Source of the DNA: Nitrosospira multiformis ATCC 25196 | GTDB lineage: Bacteria > Pseudomonadota > Gammaproteobacteria > Burkholderiales > Nitrosomonadaceae | Length of the DNA: 32,000 nucleotides | Direction: 5' to 3' | Assembly (NCBI RefSeq): GCF_000196355.1 | Contig: NC_007614.1 | Coordinates: forward strand, 2,070,001 to 2,102,000 | In this document: positions 9,592-16,017 of the stretch, piece after piece | Numbering within the stretch: position 1 is the first letter of the stretch | Layout of the letters: the number at the start of each line of letters is the position of its first letter | Notes under the pieces: model-generated | Database searches by the model: none | What the model saw: only the letters and a program-made list of their open reading frames with translations | What the model was told of the DNA's origin: nothing | Program-made: the position numbers and the translations under genes

Positions 9592-9986
9592 CAGCGACTG
9601 CGAGTGATTCAAATCGCCTCTCCATCATTTATGACAGGGAATGCCCTTTTTGTGCGGCGTTTGTGAAGCTTTACGCTTTACGGAAGAATATAGGCGGGAT
9701 AGAACTCATCGACGCCCGGACAAGACCTGATTTGGTCAGGGCGTTGCGGGCCCAAGGCATGGAAATCAATGAAGGCATGGCCGTGATATGGCAGAGGCAT
9801 TATTACCACGGGGCCAATGCAATGCACCTTCTTTCCATACTCGGTGCTGACAGGGGACTTCTTGGGAGGTTGAACAAATTCCTGTTCCGCAACAGAAATG
9901 CCGCTGAGGTGATTTATCCTGTGCTCGCGACCGGCCGCAGAGTGGCCCTATCGTTACTGGGCAGAAAAATGATTCCACACCAATGA
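9588..9986 (+). CDS. DCC-family (DUF393) thiol-disulfide oxidoreductase
   Basis: The internal Met of ORF 9378..9986 gives MTATASDSNRLSIIYDRECPFCAAFVKLYALRKN. The [IV]xYDxxCxxC N-terminal redox motif and the ~130-aa length are typical of the DCC family. The ORF-track N-terminal 70 aa overlap the previous gene out of frame. Confidence 0.8.
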   Translation: MTATASDSNRLSIIYDRECPFCAAFVKLYALRKNIGGIELIDARTRPDLVRALRAQGMEINEGMAVIWQRHYYHGANAMHLLSILGADRGLLGRLNKFLFRNRNAAEVIYPVLATGRRVALSLLGRKMIPHQ

Positions 9987-10039
9987 CGGTCAAGACCGAT
10001 TTTTCCGAAAAAATCAGAAAGGGGCGGACATGACGCAAA

Positions 10040-11326
10040 TCAGGACAATACAGCTATATCTCTCCTGCTCCCTTCATAAGTTTTCTTTCGCGCCCAGCGC
10101 TTCTTCTGCCAGATGATCACTCCCGTAACTGACAGCATCGCCACCAGCAGGCCCATGAGGGATACGAAAATGCGCCCGGGAAGCCCGACGATACGTCCGG
10201 AATGCAGCGGAAACTGCGCCTGCATGAAAATATCACCCGCACTGCCCTCACCCGGCACATTCGCTCCGACGGATGTTCCATCCTTGCCGTCAAAGAAAAG
10301 CGAGGGGTTCCCCAGCCCCGCATCGCCATGGTCGTTCCCCGGTTCGAAGAAGATGACACCATAAACACCTACCTCGGGATCATAAAATATGCCGCCGGGA
10401 GGCGTGCTCCATTCACGCTTTTCCGCTTCGGTTATCGCATACTGCAGGATGGTGTGGCGATCCACCATCGGCTCGATAGGCTGGTCGGGAGGATTGGGAG
10501 TACGTGTAAAGGGGCTGGGCGACAGCGTCGAAAACAGCGACACCAGCGGCCGCATGACCTGCTGGTTGAGATTCATCGACACGGCGGTCACCGCCAGAAC
10601 CAGCAGGAATCCCCATACCCACACCCCACCGGATCGATGCAGATCGAAGTTCAGCCTTGCTCCTCCCTGCCGCCAGCGGAATACAAAGGATTTGGTCCAT
10701 GCACTCGCCTTGGGAAATGAAATCCACAGAGCAATGAAGCAATCGAGTGCCCAGATAATCGCGAGAGTCCCCATGAACAGGATTCCCAGCTCGATTCCAA
10801 ACCCATCCGGAATATGCATGCTGTAATGCAGCTTATACAGAAACGGCAACAGGTTCTCACGGCTGAGCGAAATTTCACCCCACATGCGCTTGCCACGCAC
10901 TTCCCCGTCAACCGGATCGAGGGCTATCTGGTTGAAATCCAGATTGAAGGCCATGCCTGTTGCCGGGTCGAGACGGGACTTCACCGCCAGCCCAAGGTTA
11001 TGGCCCGGCTCGACGGAGAGTGGAAGCCAGGTCACCATTAACCGGGGGTCCGCCGCTTCCAGCCGGTCGGCCAGCAGCAGTGGAGGCTGCGGCATGCCGC
11101 CAGTATTCCTGGCCTGGAAGAGCCGGGGGTTCAGCCACTCATCCAGCTCATGATCCCAGGAGATGACCGCGCCGGTAAGGCCGGATACGAAAAGAAACGC
11201 GGCCAATAGAAGACCTGCCCAGCGGTGCGCCAGTACTAGAAAGTTGCGCCCGACCGAAAGTTTCTCCACGCGCCGGGTATCCTGTGCCCTGGCTACGCCC
11301 GGCGGCACCGTGATCACTCGTTTCAT
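10040..11326 (-). CDS. PepSY-domain TM protein (PiuB/FoxB-like, putative ferric-siderophore reductase)
   Basis: LHRWAGLLLAAFLFVSGLTGAVISWDHELDEWLNP is the typical PepSY_TM start. Further His-bearing TM helices follow (LHYSMH, DLHRSGGVW, PLHSGRI). The start is 4 nt after the exporter stop. Confidence 0.85.
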   Translation of the reverse strand: MKRVITVPPGVARAQDTRRVEKLSVGRNFLVLAHRWAGLLLAAFLFVSGLTGAVISWDHELDEWLNPRLFQARNTGGMPQPPLLLADRLEAADPRLMVTWLPLSVEPGHNLGLAVKSRLDPATGMAFNLDFNQIALDPVDGEVRGKRMWGEISLSRENLLPFLYKLHYSMHIPDGFGIELGILFMGTLAIIWALDCFIALWISFPKASAWTKSFVFRWRQGGARLNFDLHRSGGVWVWGFLLVLAVTAVSMNLNQQVMRPLVSLFSTLSPSPFTRTPNPPDQPIEPMVDRHTILQYAITEAEKREWSTPPGGIFYDPEVGVYGVIFFEPGNDHGDAGLGNPSLFFDGKDGTSVGANVPGEGSAGDIFMQAQFPLHSGRIVGLPGRIFVSLMGLLVAMLSVTGVIIWQKKRWARKKTYEGSRRDIAVLS

Positions 11327-11330
11327 TGCT

Positions 11331-12998
11331 TCATGTCACACCGTTAAGTACCAGCGGCGGGGCCGGGGTTGCGTGCAGGGCATCTTTCAGCGATGGGCAA
11401 GCGTTGAACGTCAGGCATCCGCTCTCCATGCGTATCAACCGGTCTGCAAGATGAAAGTAACGGTCATCGTGCGATATCACCAATACGGCCTTGCCCATGG
11501 CGCGCAATTCCGGAAGGAGCTCGCGGTAAAAGACCTCCTTGAATACCGGGTCCTGATCCGCCGCCCATTCGTCGAATATAAAAAACGGGCGGTTCTCCAG
11601 ATAGGCAACCACCAAAGCGAGACGTTTGCGCTGTCCTTGCGAAAGCGCAAGCGTAGTGAAAGCCCCATCCTGTACCTTAACCTTGTTTTGCAGGTGCAGT
11701 TTGGCTAAAAGCCGGTTGCCTTCATTATCCAGGTCGACCCTGTCCGTTTCAAGCAAGCGGTCGAAAAGATGAAAATCCGAAAAAACCGTCGAAAAAAGCT
11801 GCCTGTAGCAATCGCGGTTTGTTTCATCGACCGCTTTCCCATTGAAAATTATCTGGCCTTCCTCCGGCGGATAGAGTCCAACCAGCAATTTGGCCAGAGT
11901 GGTCTTGCCGCTGCCGTTGCCTCCCACCAGAAAAGTAATCTCTCCGGGACGGAAATCCAGATCTATGGGGCCGAGCGTAAACAATTCATCGCTCTGCTCA
12001 TGATAATACCGGTGCAGCACGCCCCGGAGTGCAAGGGACTGCAAGCCGGGGAGAGAAGAGTTATCGGTCTCGATCTCCTGGGTCGTCATCGCCCGCGTTA
12101 TTTCCTCGATCCGCTCCGCAGAAACCTTGGCCAGATTGGCACGGGGAATATTCAACAGAAGCGCTTCGAGCGGTCCCACCATGTAAACGAACACCAGCGC
12201 GTAGCCCGTCATGACCAGAGCCCGGTCAGGACCATCACTCACCAGCGCAAATAATACCATCCCGATAAACACATAGAGCAGGAATTGGGCCCATCCACCG
12301 GATGCGACGAAGACGGACATTCCAAAAGTCCTTTCGCGGCGCACAGTCTCGATCGAGCCTGACAGTACATCCTCATAGAATGCCTTCCGCTTCCGGTTAT
12401 TGAGGCGAAGCTCCTTGGCCCCGTCGGTCAGGGATCGAAAATAGGAAAACAGTTTATCCTGCTCTTCGGACGCAATATTCAAATGACGTATTGCGCGCAG
12501 GTGCGCAAGATGATATCCCACGCACCCCAGGCCAACCACAAGGATAGCGAGCAGGAATACTTGCCATGAAAGCCACGCCATATAAAGCAGACATCCTGCG
12601 ACGATGACGGCATTCATCAGGATGATGGGAAAGCTCACAAAGAATTCGGCAACGTGCGTGCAATGCTCGGCAAGGGCCGACTGTATGCGGGCAGCCCCCA
12701 CCGTTTCAAGATTACGGTAGTCGGCAGCAAGCACCTTTCTGGCGACAAAGCTGCGCAATTCCGCGTGCGCCCGTTGTCCCAGGCGCTCGAAAAGGATCGC
12801 TGCGCTTACATAACTCAGCATCACGGCCACGGCAGTGGCAATAAAAACGAGTGCCAGGGTTCCGCGTTCGCTCTCGGTCGCGGTGAGCGCGGAACTGATC
12901 TGCGCGATGAGCAACACGCTGCAAGTACCATGGAATACTGTGACCAATGAAGCGCCTGCCAATAATACCCGGGATTGGTTGATGAGATACTTGAGCAT
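11331..12998 (-). CDS. cyclic-peptide/siderophore export ABC transporter (PvdE/SyrD family; fused TMD-NBD)
   Basis: 555 aa. A six-helix TMD is followed by an NBD with Walker A GGNGSGKTT, signature LSQGQRKRLAL and Walker B FFIFDEWAADQD. This is the characteristic DEWAADQDP variant of the PvdE-type family as I recall it. Confidence 0.88.
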   Translation of the reverse strand: MLKYLINQSRVLLAGASLVTVFHGTCSVLLIAQISSALTATESERGTLALVFIATAVAVMLSYVSAAILFERLGQRAHAELRSFVARKVLAADYRNLETVGAARIQSALAEHCTHVAEFFVSFPIILMNAVIVAGCLLYMAWLSWQVFLLAILVVGLGCVGYHLAHLRAIRHLNIASEEQDKLFSYFRSLTDGAKELRLNNRKRKAFYEDVLSGSIETVRRERTFGMSVFVASGGWAQFLLYVFIGMVLFALVSDGPDRALVMTGYALVFVYMVGPLEALLLNIPRANLAKVSAERIEEITRAMTTQEIETDNSSLPGLQSLALRGVLHRYYHEQSDELFTLGPIDLDFRPGEITFLVGGNGSGKTTLAKLLVGLYPPEEGQIIFNGKAVDETNRDCYRQLFSTVFSDFHLFDRLLETDRVDLDNEGNRLLAKLHLQNKVKVQDGAFTTLALSQGQRKRLALVVAYLENRPFFIFDEWAADQDPVFKEVFYRELLPELRAMGKAVLVISHDDRYFHLADRLIRMESGCLTFNACPSLKDALHATPAPPLVLNGVT

Positions 12999-13030
12999 GG
13001 CTGTCCCGCAATGAAATGGATATGAGGGAA

Positions 13031-13056
13031 GACGAATGAGAATTACAATTATTTAC
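13031..13056. promoter_or_regulatory. Fur-box-like AT-rich operator proximal to the exporter operon
   Basis: GACGAATGAGAATTACAATTATTTAC lies 33-58 nt upstream of the exporter ATG. My best ungapped match to GATAATGATAATCATTATC is 11/19. It shares the 12-mer GACGAATGAGAA with the inverted site at 13390-13415. Confidence 0.4.
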
Positions 13057-13204
13057 GCCTGAACGTTCATATCCCCTCTCGGTTCACGTCATCTCCCATT
13101 AATCATAAAGCAGGCCCCGGCATTTCATCCCTTGGAGCAATTTCGCTCCTTACGACACTTTCCCCTTGCACGGCCTGGAAAGACAATTGCCGCCAGAGTA
13201 TGGC

Positions 13205-13297
13205 GTTATCCGCCTCGGCGGTTATCCCGCTTCGGCAGTTATCCCTTGCAGTTATCCGCTTGGGCAGTTATCCCCTTACGCAGCTACCCCCTTGGCC
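13205..13297. repeat. six tandem ~16-nt units, consensus GTTATCC(C/G)CTTnGGCA
   Basis: GTTATCC starts at 13205, 13221, 13238, 13251 and 13267, with a degenerate GCTACCC at 13283 (spacings 16, 17, 13, 16, 16). The array lies in the middle of the 513-nt divergent intergenic region. Confidence 0.85.
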
Positions 13298-13389
13298 CTT
13301 CCAAGCCCCCATTTCCTCCAGAACAGAATTTTCCCCGTACTTCTCCCACGGCCATCGCTTTCACATGATCAATTAATCCAGCAGTAATT

Positions 13390-13415
13390 GTAAAAAATAA
13401 TGTTTCTCATTCGTC
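13390..13415. promoter_or_regulatory. Fur-box-like operator proximal to the acetyltransferase/hydroxylase operon
   Basis: The minus strand reads GACGAATGAGAAACATTATTTTTTAC. The 19-mer ACGAATGAGAAACATTATT (13414..13396) matches the Fur consensus at 13/19 by my count. The site is ~100 nt upstream of the 13512 ATG. Confidence 0.5.
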
Positions 13416-13511
13416 TTTAACCAGAATAACAACGCGAAATACAGCGAACACGAATAACAGCGACAGCGTAGCCTGACAGCACGTTCTCACAATACTTATC
13501 CGGAAAACGAG

Positions 13512-14606
13512 ATGGGACATTTACACGGGCAAGGCCGGCATCTCTCGGCTCGCGCCGCGTCGATTACTTGCTGTCCCGATCGGACTGCATATTCGGCTGC
13601 GCTCGACGGCAACACCTTGCTTTTACAACCGGTGAATGGTGTCGAAAATTCGCGGTGGCAACTGGGCCAGCAGGCTGACGGACTGACTCTGGAATGGATG
13701 GGGTCCGATGCTGAAAAACCCAAGCTCGTGGAAGTATTGGCGGCAATTGAAGCTGCGTTCGTCAGTTTTCCTGTCGCAGACAAACTGAACCTCCTGGCTC
13801 CTTTCGATCAGGCTGAAGAACTGCTTCGATCAGGTCTCCTCCTTCACAACGGGAGCGGTCAGACCACGGTGAATATCGGGCTTTTCTGGCAGCAGCCGAG
13901 AATATGGCTGGTGCCGCCTCAGGCCTATGCCTTCCCCGTAACTTATGTGCTCAGCGAAGGGCGGCGCCATCCCTTGCGGCCCCCGAAACCGGCCGGCATC
14001 GTATACCAGCGCCATATCGATTGGCTCGGCCGTACCCTGTCATTTCGCACGGTGGATCTTCACCGGGACCTGGAACGCTTCAACCGCTGGATGAACGATC
14101 CCGTAGTAGCAGCATCCTGGCGGGAAGAAGGCGATCTGGCAAAACATCAGGCTTATCTGCAAGCCATTTCTGCAGACCCTCATGTCATAGCCCTTATCGC
14201 GAGTCTCGATGACGAGGCTTTCGGTTATTTCGAAGTTTACTGGGCAAAAGAAGACCGTATTGCCCCTTTCTATGATGTGGATGACTTCGATCGGGGCTGG
14301 CACGTGCTGATCGGCGAAGCCCGCTTTCGCGGCAAGCCCTTCGTCACGGCTTGGCTGCCATCGATCTCCCATTACCTGTTTCTCGACGATTGCAGGACCC
14401 AACGCGTCGTCATAGAACCTCGTACGGACAATTACAAAATGATTCGCAATCTCGCCAGGTGCGGTTATGCGAATCTCAAGGAATTCGATTTCCCCCACAA
14501 ACGCGCCATGCTCGGCATGTTGTTGCGGGAACGCTTCTTTGCAGAACGACTGTGGGTTCCACGCGATGTCATCGCAACATCCTGTTCCACATCTTCTTTA
14601 TCCTGA
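13512..14606 (+). CDS. siderophore N-hydroxy-amine acyltransferase (IucB/PvdY/AlcB-type GNAT)
   Basis: The C-terminal half reads FNRWMNDP.V..W.E.G....H..YL......PH....I..LD....GYFE.YWA.ED.....Y.....DRG.H.LIGE..FRG......W.......LF.D..T.R.V.EP...N......L...G. This is typical of the siderophore acetyltransferase family. The ~180-aa N-terminal extension and the exact start are unverified. Confidence 0.8.
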   Translation: MGHLHGQGRHLSARAASITCCPDRTAYSAALDGNTLLLQPVNGVENSRWQLGQQADGLTLEWMGSDAEKPKLVEVLAAIEAAFVSFPVADKLNLLAPFDQAEELLRSGLLLHNGSGQTTVNIGLFWQQPRIWLVPPQAYAFPVTYVLSEGRRHPLRPPKPAGIVYQRHIDWLGRTLSFRTVDLHRDLERFNRWMNDPVVAASWREEGDLAKHQAYLQAISADPHVIALIASLDDEAFGYFEVYWAKEDRIAPFYDVDDFDRGWHVLIGEARFRGKPFVTAWLPSISHYLFLDDCRTQRVVIEPRTDNYKMIRNLARCGYANLKEFDFPHKRAMLGMLLRERFFAERLWVPRDVIATSCSTSSLS

Positions 14607-14616
14607 GGATATCGCT

Positions 14617-15924
14617 ATGCAAATACATGACCTGATCGGTATCGGCTTTGGTCCCTCCAACATTGCGCTTGCCATTACCCTGGAGGAAAAGAAACAGGAA
14701 GGATACGACGTAGACGCGTTTTTTATCGAGAAACAGCCGGGTTTTGCCTGGCATCCAAACATGATGCTGGACAATGCGCATATGCAGATTTCCTTCCTGA
14801 AGGATCTGGCCACCCTGCGGAACCCTTCCAGTTACTTTACATTCATCAACTATCTCCATCAAAAACAGCGGCTGCAGGACTTTATCAACCTTAAAACCTT
14901 TTTTCCGAGCCGCCACGAATTCAACGATTACCTCGCCTGGGCTGCCTCCCATTTCGACGATCGCTGTGCTTACGGCGAAGAAGTTCTGGAAGTGTTGGCG
15001 GAGAAGCGTAATGATGAAGTGATGCTGCTGCGCGTGCGTTCGCTGGATTCCACGGGCACGGCGCGGGAACGCCTGGCCCGCAATCTCATCGTGAGCGTCG
15101 GCGGTGTTCCCAGTGTCCCCGAATGCTTCCAACCGCTGAAAGGCGACAAACGCATATTTCATTCGAACAGTTATCTCCGCGAGATCGAGCGGCACAAGGA
15201 AGCAAAGAAAATAGCAGTCGTGGGTGCAGGTCAAAGCGCATCGGAAATTTTCATGGATCTGCACAACCGCCCGAATGCCCCGCAGGTTGATCTGATCATG
15301 CGTGGCCGCGCAATCAAGCCGTCGGACGACAGCCCTTTTGTAAACGAAATCTTCAATACCGATTTCACCGACTTCGTTTTCAGTCGTTCGGAGCATGACC
15401 GGGTTTCTCTCCTGGAGGAGTTCTGGCATACCAATTACGCTGCACCCGATCTGGTTTTGATCGAACAGATCTTCAATGTGTTCTATCAACAGAGAGTGAC
15501 CGGCAATACCCGCCACCGCTTCCTGCGGCGTCATGAAGTCACGAGCGTCAGTGCTTTGCCGGAAGGCGGCATTCAATTGCTTCTGCGCGATTTGAATGGG
15601 GGGCGGGAATACAGTGCGATCTACGATGCAGTAGTGCTTGCAACGGGCTACGGACGGGATTATCACAAATCCTTGCTGAAATCCCTTTCACCCTACCTGA
15701 GTAACTTCAGCGTAGACCGCAACTACCGATTGAAAAGTACGCCAAATTTTCGGCCTGCCATCTTCCTTCAGGGGGCCTGCGAATCAACTCACGGTTTGAG
15801 CGATACGCTGCTTTCAGTTACAGCGGTTCGCACGCACGAAATTGGACAGGCGCTCGTAGGCATGATCAATGACCCGGTTGCTAAGCAGGCAGAAAACCCG
15901 GTGCGCGCAGTGGCCGTCCGTTGA
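14617..15924 (+). CDS. L-lysine N6- / L-ornithine N5-monooxygenase (IucD/PvdA family)
   Basis: The start is set at the internal Met MQIHDLIGIGFGPSNIALAI, which carries the FAD motif GxGxxN; GAGGAT lies 7 nt upstream and the site is 11 nt after the previous stop. The NADPH motif VVGAGQSASEIF and the DAVVLATGY motif are present. The ORF-track N-terminal 50 aa overlap the previous gene. Confidence 0.9.
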   Translation: MQIHDLIGIGFGPSNIALAITLEEKKQEGYDVDAFFIEKQPGFAWHPNMMLDNAHMQISFLKDLATLRNPSSYFTFINYLHQKQRLQDFINLKTFFPSRHEFNDYLAWAASHFDDRCAYGEEVLEVLAEKRNDEVMLLRVRSLDSTGTARERLARNLIVSVGGVPSVPECFQPLKGDKRIFHSNSYLREIERHKEAKKIAVVGAGQSASEIFMDLHNRPNAPQVDLIMRGRAIKPSDDSPFVNEIFNTDFTDFVFSRSEHDRVSLLEEFWHTNYAAPDLVLIEQIFNVFYQQRVTGNTRHRFLRRHEVTSVSALPEGGIQLLLRDLNGGREYSAIYDAVVLATGYGRDYHKSLLKSLSPYLSNFSVDRNYRLKSTPNFRPAIFLQGACESTHGLSDTLLSVTAVRTHEIGQALVGMINDPVAKQAENPVRAVAVR

Positions 15925-16017
15925 ATCTTGAAAACGAAAATCTCCTTCAATCTCATGAGTAAGAGTTGATAACACCTACCCCACTCACAATTTTTTAACT
16001 ACCAGCAACCACAAAAA

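Noticed and set aside
9987-10039. AT-rich inverted repeat GATTTTT-CCG-AAAAATC between the convergent DCC and PepSY genes as a bidirectional terminator
   Set aside because: It has only a 7-bp all-A/T stem. That is too weak to call a terminator with any confidence.
13205-13297. Possibility that the GTTATCC array is a CRISPR array or a DnaA-box cluster/origin
   Set aside because: The units are 13-17 nt and contiguous, with no unique spacers and no cas genes, so it is not CRISPR. TTATCC matches only the first six bases of the DnaA box TTATCCACA, and the ACA is missing in all copies. There is no AT-rich unwinding element or dnaA/dnaN context.
13132-13387. Two overlapping plus-strand ORFs (78 and 73 aa) across the intergenic repeat array
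   Set aside because: Their 'protein' is just the translated 16-nt tandem repeat (YP.. / LS.. periodicity). They have non-ATG starts and no SD, so I treat the region as non-coding.
14569-15666. 365-aa minus-strand ORF
   Set aside because: It is antisense to the IucD/PvdA-type monooxygenase, whose FAD, NADPH and ATGY motifs are all on the plus strand.
15925-16017. Possible Fur box or promoter upstream of the receptor gene (TTGATAAC region)
   Set aside because: My best alignments to the Fur consensus were poor (well under 11/19) and no convincing -10 sits at the right spacing. The receptor may be co-transcribed with the hydroxylase.
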